Shown: piece after piece, positions 1 through 12,569 of the stretch
Numbering within the stretch: the stretch's first letter is position 1
Layout of the letters: every line of letters starts with the position of its first letter
From: Eledone cirrhosa
Lineage: Eukaryota
DNA length: 64,000 nt
NCBI GenBank assembly: GCA_964016885.1
Contig: OZ024742.1
Location: 277,450,001-277,514,000, forward strand
Direction of reading: 5' to 3'
Made by a program: the position numbers and the translations under genes
Notes under the pieces: generated by a model
The model's database searches: none
What the model was told of the DNA's origin: nothing
What the model saw: the letters and a program-made list of their open reading frames with translations, nothing else

Positions 1-49
1 TTCAGTATTAAATGCATCAAGGGTTATTGGAAATTTTTGAATCAAGTCA

Positions 50-740
50 GCACACTCGGATCATTATCATGGGTGATGGCGAAGGCAAGGCGTTGAAACA
101 ACAAAGCACCCTCACGAGTGAGCCACTAACGATAACAAGATCTTCGCTGTCAGCAGCCCAGCTCCATCAAAAGTCTCGAATGCCACAGGCTTGAAAGAAT
201 AGTGGATATTCCAGGTATTTTAGGATGCTATTCCATTCGGGTTCAGAAGCAGTGACCCTCTCGTTTGCCACAGCATCCAGGATGTGGCCAGGAGCAAAAG
301 AGTCACTGACTGTGGTATCCTAAATGAGACATCTACCTCTTATCCAGGGATAAAGGGTTCGGTCGCCTGGTCTCTTTTTATCAATTCTGGTTATTCTAGC
401 CGGCTCCAGAACAGAGGGGATATTTACTCGAGCTAGGGCCCACATAAGGATCAGGTTTAGCTTAGTGGCTGGTGAAGTGACCAGCATTCAGGCGACAAGA
501 CAAACCATGGAGACCTAATGTAGCGAAATCTGTCTACACTTTGACCCCTGGGTGACATTTAATGGTCATTTTCTAGGTTATCTCCTTTCGGATATCAACC
601 GGTCTGAGAGTGGACGGCCGCTAAAGGTCAGCCCTTTGTTCTCAAGGCTTGGGGACAGATGAAGCGACATGGATAAATAGCTTGCCTTAGACCAGCACAG
701 GCAGCAGTTCGGAGCTGTTCTTGATAGAGTAAATATGTAA
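50..740 (-). mobile_element. Decayed 3' fragment of a CRE-like non-LTR retrotransposon (restriction-like endonuclease region)
   Basis: Manual minus-strand translation gives GLHGLSCRLNAGH..(frameshift)KLNLILMWALARVNIPSVLEPARITRIDKKRPGDRTLYPWIRGRCLI*DTTVSDSF, matching the HxxxC..H..LN..AL..PS.LEP..DGKRPDG.T..PW..G..L.WD.T pattern. Contains stops and frameshifts; ends approximate. Confidence 0.7.
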
Positions 741-1724
741 AACAATTGCTTTCCACAGACCCCTTTGGGTCTTACAGACTCTTACTCTCTTTCACTCAAT
801 CTCTATCTCTTGGCCTCTCTCTCAACCCAGCCAGTGAAGTTCATGAAGTTTTCTCAGTAAATACGACTTTAACTCTACTTTTAAAACAAACAAATAACGT
901 CCATAATTCTTGTATATTTTTTGTATAGCTTCGGCGTGAGCTTCTTTCAATGAATTAATAATATAGCGATTTGGTGTTATCGTGGTTCATTTATGTATAT
1001 TCATTTTTTGCATGATCAAAGAACTATCATATCATCATTAATGAACACTTACTCACCTTCACACATGCAACCTCTGGTCACACTGTATCACACAACAGTG
1101 ACCACACGACACAGCACGCTACAAGTGAGTACACACGCAACAAACGAATCAACGCCACAACACAATCAACTATCAACATGACCCACAAATCCTCGCCATA
1201 GACATGTGGAGTCGAGGGGCCTTCCACGGCGATATCTCGGCTCTCACTCTGAGCGCAATGAAGATGCGGAGCTCGTCCTGACAGAAGTCTACCAATGTTG
1301 GTGGCAGGCAGGGCATCAACCTATTCCCCCGAGAATTTTGTGCTTGTAGTGATACCTCGAAAATTGACCAGATTGATCAAAGAAAGAATATGATTTACAA
1401 AAGAAAAAAAATCAAGAAAAGAAACAAAGGTGCGTTGGTGACACGATGAAAATGTTCCCAGTCCAGCCTGTAAAGTGATTGTTTTGTTGTTATGATAAAA
1501 AGCATCCAGTCCATGCTGTAAATGGGCTTGGCGTTAGGAAGGGTACTCAGCTATAGAAACCAAGCCAGGGACAGTTCTGTATCAGCATGACATGGTCACA
1601 TGATCTGACTTGTCTCACAATGGGACAACTTATTTAACGCATGCCAGAGCGGAAAATGTATGCGAAATGGTGATGATTATTTCATTTCAGAAATTTTCAG
1701 AAAAGAGGAAAGATACTGTTGATT

Positions 1725-2245
1725 TTTAGGATATTAGTATCAGTGTATATTTAAGAATGACAATAATTGCAGGTGAGTGTTGTGACATGGTTTTACTTCA
1801 CAGAAGTCAAATAAATTGATATAAATAATTGTTACCACATGTTGATGGTCAGTTAGTCACAACTCCCAGACTGGAGTGTGTGGAGAAGAACAGAAATCTT
1901 CTCTTGGTAAGGTTCAAGTGTTTCTTTAGGCTGCCATCGCAGGAAGTGAGACAGGAGTCATCTCTTGACAAGGTCTGAGGTGTTCTTGTTGCGGGCGAAG
2001 GAAGTGAGAGAGAATTGCCTCACGTTCTCAAATATATAGTCCCCAGGGGGACGCAACTCCATTTAGTACATGGATCTGCCACTTAGAGTCGCGACCGTCA
2101 CAAGGGACGCAACCTCTATACGTATCTGCCAAGGGAGTCGCGTCCGTCGTAAAGGGATGCAACTCCTATACGTGCTGAGTCACGACCGTCGTAAAGGGAC
2201 GCAACTCCTATACGTGCTGAGTCACAGCCGTAGGGGGCCGCTACA
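1725..2245 (-). repeat. 3' LTR (521 bp) with about four ~40-bp tandem repeats (gggacgcaactcctatacgt core)
   Basis: Near-identical to 6863-7385 (about a dozen differences by eye); minus strand begins TGTAGCGG. Confidence 0.95.
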
Positions 2246-2423
2246 GTACCATCCTCAGACGCTAGGCGAAAAGCCCGAAGGTAACTGTAGCCAACCCACA
2301 AGCATGGGCTCCCAGCACAGGCATGAAATATTAACGCAAAGGTACAGGCATGAAATGGTAACGAAAAGGTACATGGTAATACAATAAAGAGAAAAACAAA
2401 AAAGAAACGCTCCAGTAACCAGT

Positions 2424-5400
2424 TCACATGAAAACAATTTGGCAGAGGTTTTTGGGCCAGTGGACTCTTCGACCGGAACGGGTCGTGGTCTTGTATGTAG
2501 GTGAAGGTGGGGCAGAAGGAGCAGGTGTATGCACAAAAGAGAAAGATTGGGGTATTTGTGGCTCGGGTGTATGAGCGTCATTGTATGCTCTTTTTAGTCT
2601 ATCCACCGAAATTATCTCTCTGGACCCCTTAATGTCTACTGTGAAATGTTTGTCAGTACGTTTTAACACACGGTAGGGTCCAGAGTACGGTTGTGTGAGG
2701 GGTGGAGTAACCGCATCGTTTCTGACGAATAAATGTGTCCACGAGGCAATATCCCTCAGGACTGCAGCTTTAATAGTTTGTTTGCTAGTATTCATGGGCG
2801 AGATACGTAGGAAACAGGGTCCTTGAAAGCAAGATCAACAGGGGAAAGCATTTTCCCAGGCAATGCTAGAGGAGCACCATACAGTAATTCGGCCGGGGAG
2901 AACCCAAGGTCCTCCTTTATTGATGACCGAATTCCTAACAACACAATAGGAAGGTACTCACTCTAACGTTGAGAGTCTGGATAGGGGCGAAGAGCGGCGT
3001 TTAATTGGCGGTGGAATCGTTCCACCATTCCGTTTGAAGCAGGATGATAGGCTGTGGTCCGAATCCGTTGAGCGCCAATGATCTTTGTGAGCTCACAGAA
3101 AAGATGAGACTCAAATTGTCTACCACGGTCTGTGGTGACTGTAGTTGGTACTCCAAAGCGGGTAATCCACCCTGATACCAGGGCACGCGCTACAGTCTCA
3201 GCAGTTATATCTTGTAAGGGGGATGGCTTCAGGCCATCGCGAAAAACGATCGATACAGGTCAAGAGGTACGAATATCCACTGCTGAATGGTCAAGGTCCA
3301 ACGATATCAATGTGGATGTGTTGAAACCGAGCATCTGGAGTACTGAAAGTACCAAGTGGAGTCCGGATGTGTCTGTGGATTTTAGATCTCTGACACTGTG
3401 TGCAGGAACGGCACCAGACAGTCATTTCTCGCCTCATATTGGGCCAGAAAAATCTAGCCGTTATAAGCTTTACTGTGGCAGAAATTCCTGGGTGAGAAAT
3501 GCTGTTTTAAAGCAAGGAACATAATTCGACGGTGAGTCTCAGGAACAAATGGTCGTGGTGAATCCGTAGATACATCACATAGAATCTGCCTGTCGGTGGT
3601 CGACAAGGGCAGATATTTGAAGATACAAGTCGCAAATTCGGCAGAAAGAGTATCCAACGATTGGAGTGCAGGTTGGTCTGCAACTAAATGACCTAAGTCG
3701 ATCTCCTGGGATAACGAGATGGAGCTGATTGGCAAACGTGACAATGCCTCTGCAGCTATGTTATGCGAGCCAGCAATGTGCTGGATATCATTTGTAAATT
3801 GCGAAACGTAATCCAGGTGCCTTGTCTCTCTGGGCGAATATCTGTCGGCTGTAGCCCTCAAAGCGAAGGTCAGAGGTTTGTGGTCGGTTAAAACAGTAAA
3901 ATTTCTCCCCTCAAGAATGTTAGAGAAATGTTTCACCGACAGATATATGGCTAATAATTCCCGCCCAAACGTGCTGTAACGCGGTTCGGCTGGTTTCAGC
4001 TTTCTCGAGAAAAATGCCAAAGGTTGTTGGTTTCCAGCGTTGAACTGCTGTAAAACTGCTCCCACAGCGGTATCAGATGCATCAGCACAAAGCGAAAGCT
4101 TGGCTTCTGGTACCGGATGGGCTAGCAAAGATGAACTAGCGAGTGCTGTCTTGGCAGTTTGGAAGTTTTGAAGCTGTCCTTGTGTCAAGGAAATATCCTC
4201 ATTCTTCTTACGACGATTTTTCAAAATGTCAGTAAGGGAAATAGCAAATTAGCAGAATGAGGAACGAAACGCCTATAGAAATTGATTAGGCCTAAGAAGT
4301 GACCCAACTGGTGAAGTGTAGTAGGCGGAGGTAAATCCTGTATGGCTTCAACTCGCTGAGGGAGCGGCCTAATACCTTCGGCCGACAAATTTAGCGAAGT
4401 GGAACCGAAAACACACTTTGCGGGATTCAGACGAACGCGGTAATCCTGAAGTCGCCGAAATAAGAGATGCATGTGGCGCATATGCTCTTCCGGAGAGGAA
4501 CTAGCGACGAGAATATCGTCTATGTAAGCATAAACGAAGTCCAGACCACGAGTGACTTCGTCTATGAACCGCTGAAAAGTGCTAGCGGCGTGACTGAGTC
4601 CGAAAGGCATGGTCAAGAATTCGAAGGATCCGAAAGGAGTTGTAATCGCCGTTTTCGGAATATCCTCCTTCCTGACCGGAATTTGGCGGTAGGCTCGCAC
4701 TAAATCTAGTTTTGAGAAAATCTTACACCCCTGCAATGAAGATGCGAAATCCTGGAGATGGGGTATGGGATACCTATCCGGGACGGTCATAGCATTTAAC
4801 CTCCTATAATCCCCAGTGGGTCTCCAGTCGCCGGAAGTCTTGGGCACCATGTGTAACGGTGAAGCCCAAGGATTCGTAGATGGGCGAATAATGCCCAGCT
4901 GCAGCATATGGTCGAACTTGGACCGTACTGCCTTTAATTTGTCCGCCGGTAAGCGGCGTGGGCGCGAAAACACTGGAGCACCGGTGGTGGAAATGAAATG
5001 TTCAGTTGAGTGTGTTGGCTCAGTAACTCGAGAATTTCCATCGGTGAGCTCCGGGAAAGAACCTAACAACGAATTGTAGGCGTCTCCAGCGGCAACGATG
5101 AAGAATTTGGGGCTGACTGTTGGAGCATTGGCTTTCCGGCCACGAATTGAGAAACCGCTGATGTCATGCACCAGGCGTTGGCCACGGACGTCCACAGTCA
5201 AAGAGAAGTTGTGGAGAAAATCCGCTCCTAAGATAGGGTATGGCAAATCGGCAACCGTAAAAATCCACTTAAAATCCCTACGAAGATTTAGGAATTTGAG
5301 AGGAAGTGAGATTTGTCCGTACGTCTTTATAAACGAGTGATTAACGGATGACTCTACGGGGGTATCTTTCAGGCAATGGACCGGCCAAATACTACAGGAG

Positions 5401-5760
5401 GCTCCTGTATCCACGAGGAAACCTCTTCCCGACCTAAGGTCCTTAATGAAGAAATGGCGATTTGGTGGCTTTATGTTGAGGTCAACTACTCCCATCAGCG
5501 GACCTCTTTGGCGTTTCCCGCCTTATGAAACGAGCAGGTTGCACGCAGTGGTTCGCGCTCTCGGTAAATCGCTCATGGTACCAGCATAAAGATGAAGCTG
5601 GTGATTTGGGATGGCGTCTAAAAGATTGAGATCTCCCGCGGCTGCGCGGGCGCGAACGGGCACCACACCATCTTCTGGAGCTCCAGGGTGAGTTCCTGAA
5701 TAGACTTCTGCATCGCCATAATGGCTGAGTGAGATGTCATTGTTATACCGTAGGTAATCT
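2424..5760 (-). pseudogene. Gypsy gag C-terminus and pol, frameshifted
   Basis: Gag-end CWYHERF..A..C..P near 5530-5600; protease FLVDTGA; [23 protein letters not shown] (ORF 4221-5495); RNase H CADASD, RELLAI, TDHKPL (3454-4224); integrase fragments about 2800-3450; GPY tail PYSGPYRVL (2424-2795). Confidence 0.92.
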
Positions 5761-6848
5761 GCCAAAAAAAAAATCGTCTCCGTTTGGAAAAAATGTCTCC
5801 AACAAAATAGAAAAGGAAAACAAAATCACTTATTTTTCTCTGTCAAACAACTGGACAGGAAAAAGAATGCATCCGAGACAATATGCAAAGGAGCAACTAA
5901 TCGAGCGATCTCATTAATAAGGTATAGGCAGGGAATTTAAAACTAAAACCAACATGGCGGACTATTTCGCGCCAAAACACTATTGAAGGAGAAGAAAGCC
6001 GCCATCTTGTCATCCTCAAAAATTTTAGCCAGAGAAAAGAAGAAAAAAATAAAAAGAAAAAGAAAAAACATTCATACAATTGGTTTGTTTGTCTGTAAAT
6101 AATTTGGATGTTCGTTTTGTACATATGAAGAGTCTGATGTTAAGTGTTACAGAGAAATATGTTTAGATCGGTCAATACAGCTGTAGTGACCTACATTCCG
6201 CGGGCTCACATACATTCTCTGTGCGTGATTTGGCTCAGTTCAGCCAATCAGCGCCAGTAGAAGACGATGTATCCCTACGCGCCCTGAGGAAAAAATTCCC
6301 CGCGAAGATTTGAAGAATCTCTCTCTTGTACCAGAAACTTCGAGCTAGCAACACGCATAATGTAACAGCGAGATATTGCACCCCTAGCCTCGCCGGCTTA
6401 ACGGCGCAATGGCACATTCCCTTTTGTAAGCTCTTTTTATCTGTAACTTCAACCATATAAATAAACAGACATTTCATCTCTAATTGCTGCTGTTGAAATC
6501 GTTATTATGTTACTCGTGTCACAATAACATCTATAGTCCATGCGGCTGGAATTGGCGACCTGACGAAAGGAATATTGTAAATAGATGGTAAATGGATCGA
6601 GGGACCTTCCCTCACGTCTATGTCAACAAGATAATCCAACGAGGATACTATCACTTACCACACTGGCAACTAACGACCTTCAATCATCTACCCTGTTAAA
6701 GTGACGACCACAATAATAACCAATACCTGCTAAACAGCCATATCAGAATCAAGTGTGTTGTTCTGTATTAAATGTTTTTTTTCTTTCTCTTTTTTTTTTA
6801 TATACACATGGTACTATTTCCAATTCTTTTTTTTTTTTTTTTTTTAAA

Positions 6849-6861
6849 CGTCAGGTCACCA
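6849..6861 (-). promoter_or_regulatory. Primer-binding site, tRNA-Trp-like
   Basis: Minus strand TGGTGACCTGACG, 1 nt after the 5' LTR; resembles the complement of the tRNA-Trp 3' end (TGGTGACCCCGACG). Confidence 0.75.
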
Positions 6862-6862
6862 A

Positions 6863-7385
6863 TTTAGGATATTAGTATCAGTGTATATTTAAGAATGACA
6901 ATAATTGCAGGTGAGTGTTGTGACATGGTTTTACTTCACAGAAGTCAAATAAATTGATATAAATAATTGTTACCACATGTTGATGGTCAGTTGGTCACAA
7001 CTCCCAGACTGGAGTGTGTGGAGAAGAACAGAAATCTTCTCTTGGTAAGGTTCAAGTGTTTCTTTAGGCTGCCATCGCAGGAAGTGAGACAGGAGTCATC
7101 TCTTGACAAGGTCTGAGGTGTTCTTGTTGTGGGCGAAGGAAGTGAGAGAGAATTGCCTCACGTTCTCAAATATATAGTCCCCCAGGGGGACGCAACTCCA
7201 TTTAGTACATGGATCTGCCACTGGGAGTCGCGACCGTCACAAGGGACGCAACTCCTATACGTATCTGCCACTGGGAGTCGCGACCGTCGTAAAGGGACAC
7301 AACTCCTATACGTGCTGAGTCACGACCGTCGTAAAGGGACGCAACTCCTATACGTGCTGAGTCACAGCCGTAAGGGGCCGCTACA
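6863..7385 (-). repeat. 5' LTR (523 bp)
   Basis: Copy of 1725-2245, followed on the minus strand by the PBS. Confidence 0.95.
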
Positions 7386-7620
7386 GATTCATTAGACACT
7401 GTGAACAATCATATAGCTGAAAATTATATTTGTTCTAAACCTGGGATTGTATTACTGGACAATAAATAAAATATCATACATAAAGTGTAACAACATATTT
7501 CTTTATGACATGAGATTTTATATATATATTCAATTTATTGTATGCATTTCTTTTCCTTTTTCTGTATCTTATGTATATTCTGGTGTGAAATTAATAGTAC
7601 ATATATATATGTATGTATAG

Positions 7621-7655
<35 letters not shown>

Positions 7656-7802
7656 CCAACACAAGAGCAAGAATGACGGGTCATTCTACTGACATGGCTT
7701 TAAAGAGGCTGTTTGCATAGTTGCAAACGAATCGAATATTATTATTGATATTCTAAAAACTCAGATTACATTTATTGTATTCAACCATCTAGAGCGATAA
7801 AC

Positions 7803-7860
<58 letters not shown>

Positions 7861-8333
7861 AAGGGTGGAAGAACTCATAAGAGTCAACGGCCATCCAAAA
7901 GTGTGTAAATATGTATATACACATGTACATATGTATGTATATGTATATGTGTATATACATGGGTGCATGTGTATGTATATGCGCAGGGACATAGAAATAG
8001 TCGGACTGGACACCCGATCGCGCGGTTAAACCAGTGGGAGTGAAGGACCCCTAGCCTTTGTCAGGGCATTTTTCTAGGAGAAGGCAACTCAAGAAACTGG
8101 GATAACTCCGATATAAAACCTGCGGCTCAGTAGTTATCGATGATGTTGATATTTTCTTCTTTTCGGGTTATAGCTACTGTCTTTCAGAGAGTGGGATTGG
8201 CTCAGTGCACAGTCTTTCCTCATTTAAAAAAATATCTTCATGCACAGGCATTGCACGATAGAATTAATTAATAATTATTAATAATGGTATATCGTGCAAT
8301 GGCCATACTCGATAACGAGGGGTTAGCCATCAT
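7861..8333 (+). mobile_element. Non-autonomous interspersed repeat with an RTE-5'UTR-like head, 5'-truncated copy
   Basis: Highly similar to about 30725-31190; sits between microsatellites. Confidence 0.7.
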
Positions 8334-8651
8334 GTATATATATATATATATATAATATAATATATAGAAATAAACTCACAAAGAAGTGTGTTTAGAATAA
8401 ATGGGTTGAAAACCACTTTGCTGCAATGAATATAATCTATGGACAAACGGAAAATGCATAATAACCAGAAAATGTGAATTAAAATGTACTAACCGTTTCA
8501 ATAACTATTAAACTCATGTAATTCTAAACACACTTCTTTGTGTGTTTATTTCTATATATTATATTATAAAAATCCCAGTTTTTATACTTTGAGCTCATTA
8601 ATTACAGGGTATTAATGCAAGTTTTTAACTCTGCTTTTCATTCATTCATTC

Positions 8652-8682
<31 letters not shown>

Positions 8683-8818
8683 TTTTATTAAGGCTAAGTA
8701 GTGAGTCGTGTTACTCTGGAGATTTGCGTGTTTATCACATATTTAAACAGGTAAAACTCCAAATTAACAAGATTCACTACTTAGCCTTCATAAAATGAGT
8801 ATACACACATACACACAT

Positions 8819-8858
<40 letters not shown>

Positions 8859-9325
8859 GATAATAATGATGGCTGCGCGTTGCAAATGGTGGTGCATATG
8901 AAAAAGTAAGTCCTTCATCAGTGACCCTCCAACCGTCCCAGGCATTTCATCGCTTTAAGGGCCATATGCCTCAGGTTGGTGCGAACAACGGCTTAAAAAA
9001 GTCGTTGGGACACGTAAACAAAGGGGACGTTAGGGTAACAAACAAAATGGTTTAAGCAACGGAAAATGAGAAGAAATAGACAAGTCCCAGATCTCTATGA
9101 ATATAAACTCGGTGAAATCGTGAACAAGAGACAAAAGACCATCAAACCTGGTTGAAATGTGAGCAAGGAAGGAATTTCGCACAGGTCTAACGGGGGGGGG
9201 GGGGGGAGAAAAAGAAGAAGAAGAAGAAGAAGAAGAAGAAGAAGAAGAAGAAGAAGAAGAAGAAGAAGAAGGGGTCTGGTCTACGAATTCGGTAAACATA
9301 AGTTTTGTGAAGTCGCAGACGAAAG

Positions 9326-9414
<89 letters not shown>

Positions 9415-9549
9415 ATTTTCATCTTTGAGTGTCTATTTCATATATATTGTGGCAGTGAAAAGATTGTTGGGGCTCCTTCTCTGAAAGGCAAGTCAGTATA
9501 TATGTAGATACTTAGTGTTATCTCCATGGTAATGAAAGGGTTAAGTAAT

Positions 9550-10320
9550 CATATTGATGGCCTCCACACAGCCCCGGAGAATGGAGCAGGCGTTTCCCCG
9601 GAGGATGGTAAGGGAGATGTGCTGGAAGAGACACTCCTACTCGCGAGGCTCACACCTGCGGCTGGCCAGCTCAGCGCCTATGGTGGTGAGTAGGGAGGTA
9701 GCCCTAGGGCCGAGGACACCAGAAGTCTCCACTGCCAAGGGTACGACCGCAAACCTGTCGGAGATCGACCGGTATTTGGAGAGTTTGGCCTCCTCGGCCC
9801 GACGTGCAGCAAAACCTGGGTTAGTCGCAGACTGCACCAGGTTGCTGCTGGAGAAAGTGTCGCTGCAAGTGGGATCCCAGACGATGGGTTTGCCACCGCA
9901 GAACGGGAAGATAGTAATGCCGTCTGGCCTTTTGCCGTCCCCTCAGTCCAGCCCTACCGGCTCGAGCTGGGAAGAGAAGCCTGCAGCGTCCAAGCCATGC
10001 TTTATGACCTAGTTGAGGGCAGCTTGGCGTGGAAGGCGGCCGGCACTGTGGCGACAGGAAAGCTGGTGGAAGCCGAAAGAGTCCACGATGGATCCACAAC
10101 AACATTGGTGTGACTCGCAGATCCAGAGGCCAAGCCTCAAGGAAACGCCGATGCGCAGGCTATTGTTATCCAGCTGCGTGCCAGTGGAGAAAGAGGGCAA
10201 GGCATGGAGCTAGGCCCCACCTGTGGGGTTTGGAGGCCGCACGAAAACAGGCAAGGCGGTGCTGGTCGAGCTGGCGCGTGAGCCTGTCTGAGGCCAGACT
10301 GCACTGGATGGCGTCCCAAA
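9550..10320 (-). mobile_element. Decayed 3' fragment of a CRE-like non-LTR retrotransposon
   Basis: [32 protein letters not shown]; LEPVGLD*GDGKRPDGITIFPF.GGKPIVWD.TC.DT; AEEAKLSKY..FAVVPLAVETSG.LGP; in-frame stops. Confidence 0.8.
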
Positions 10321-10970
10321 TGTTTTTTTTTGGTCGGGGGGGGGGGGGGGGGGGCTTGACGTCAGCAGGGGGAGAAGGAGGAGGGACGTCTAGAGCATTG
10401 AATATTTATTCCTTGTCTCTGTATTCTGTGTTCAAATCTTGCTGGTGTCCACTTTACCTTTTATCATTTCAGAATAGATAAAGAAAGTACCAGGCCAGTG
10501 TTGGTGCAACCCTCTCTCCTACCAGCTGTCACATCTTTATTCAAATGAGTTACCTAACCTGTCTAGCCTCAGAATGTGACAACCTGTCTAACACATGCAA
10601 ACATGGAAAACAGACATAAAAACGGCGCTGATGACGATATATATATGTATATGAGGTCTATTGAAAAACTACTTGACTTCATTTTTTCTCATGAGAAATA
10701 ATGACATTGGGGAGACAAAAGTATGCAGAAAGGAACTGCCTGTGCATGCATGTTTTCCTTTTGGCAAGCTCACTGGATGCATCAGTTATAGTCAGGCAGT
10801 CAAAGAAGGAATACTGAGATAACTTGAGATAAAACATGGGTATAAAGGTACAGTCCAGAAACCAAAGCTCAGCCATTACTGTGCAAGTATGCAATGTTAC
10901 CTAAGCTCCCATATATATGTCAAATGCATAGAAAAATCAATGTGATGCTGACTATTTTCTTTGACTACCG

Positions 10971-11128
10971 CAGACCTGCCAACCTCTAAAAATCAGGGAG
11001 AAATGAGGCAAAATGGGGAAATTTTACATATTGAAATCTATACCCATTTTCACAAGAGAAGACATCTCTCCCCCCATCCAAAGTGGGTGGGAGATCTCCC
11101 CGTCCGACGGGGAGAGTTGACAGATCTG
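10971..11128. mobile_element. MITE
   Basis: Imperfect TIRs cagacctgccaac / gttgacagatctg; 6-bp direct repeat CTACCG on both sides (10965-10970, 11129-11134). Confidence 0.75.
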
Positions 11129-11801
11129 CTACCGAGGCATTGTGCATCATAAATATGCACTAGAAGGCCAAACAGTTACAAAGTAATACTATCAGGAAGT
11201 CCTCTGACATCTTCGTGATGTTGTTTGGTGCTAGAAGCATCTTACAAAACTGGCAACTGCATCATTCCTTGCAGCTTATCCAAGTGTTCATGGCAAAGAA
11301 AACATTTCGTTCATTTACTAGGTTCCCTACTTTTCAGACTTGGCTCCTTCTAACTTCTTTGAGAGGTGAGAGGACATCATACAGACTGTAATGGTAATAC
11401 TTGTTGAATCATTCTCTGTATATTATTAACGAGAGACAAATATATTGGATACAAGGGAGATAACCCATATGTTCGGAAACAATTCCAAGGAAAAACTGGC
11501 ATATCACTATAATTTATATAAATCACCAATGTCTTTACATTGGCAACTTCTAAATACTCACTTCCGTGTAGACTGCTTCACTCTTCCGTATTCTTCAACA
11601 TACAAGATTCTTGAGCATGCAAACTAAACACAAAGACAGAAATCTCGAACAGAGAACTTGAGAATAATTTTTAACGAATTCTTCACACTATCTCCTCTAA
11701 TAATACAAAAAAAAAAAAAAAATTACTACACATTAAAGAAACAGTCTTATACAACACTGTTAAAACCACCAACAGCCTTTACAAATATGACAATCTCTGA
11801 T

Positions 11802-11839
<38 letters not shown>

Positions 11840-11879
11840 ACTCTCTCTCACACACACACACACGCATATATACTGTATA

Positions 11880-11917
<38 letters not shown>

Positions 11918-12334
11918 TATGAAAACTAAAATCCGAAGAGGGCTCGATAAGGATTATATATATAAAATATGTAGTAAATTGAATAACGTTACAAATACGT
12001 AAATAACATCACAAAAAAAAAATATAATACAATGCTTACAGAACGAAAGTACAAACAAATATATAACATGTATTGTTATATAAAATATACATAAAACTGT
12101 GTGTGGGTAAACTATTTATACATTGTTGTATTATATATGGTTATATATAATAGAAAATAGTAACCCAAGTAAACATGAAAGAACAGCCGACATCCCACTG
12201 TCATCGCCTCCATCTCTCTCGCCCTCCCAATCTCTCCGTATAGTCAGAAAACCCGTAGAGCAAATATGATCCCGTAAAAGGGTGAAAGCAGCAATTCTTT
12301 GTTTAAACTTTAATCTGTACAAATAATATGCGTG

Positions 12335-12366
<32 letters not shown>

Positions 12367-12569
12367 TGTGCGTGTGCATGTGTGTAATAACATCGTTAAA
12401 ACTGAATCACAAAAGCTAGTATTCCTTTTTAGAGTCAAGAAATACTTGAGTCCTAATTAGCTGCAAACTCACTCTTCAAATTTCATGTAAGACCAACACT
12501 GCAGTACTACATACATCTATGTGATGATGATGATGATATGCACGAACATACACACACACACAAGCTAAC

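Larger units (their letters stand above)
1725..7385 (-). mobile_element. Ty3/Gypsy LTR retrotransposon, two LTRs, decayed pol, most of gag missing
   Basis: Direct repeats at 1725-2245 and 6863-7385; 4-bp TSD GATT at 1721-1724 and 7386-7389; domain order PR-RT-RH-IN on the minus strand. Confidence 0.95.

Noticed and set aside
4467-5340. Plus-strand ORFs over Gypsy pol, and similar ones over the RTEs
   Set aside because: Antisense shadows of TE coding sequence.
7695-7745. taaaga-ggctgt..atagtt-gcaaac resembling a decayed hammerhead
   Set aside because: Both core boxes are mutated; not supportable.
9030-9507. Poly-R, poly-S and (VC)n ORFs
   Set aside because: Translations of (GAA)n and (GT)n microsatellites.
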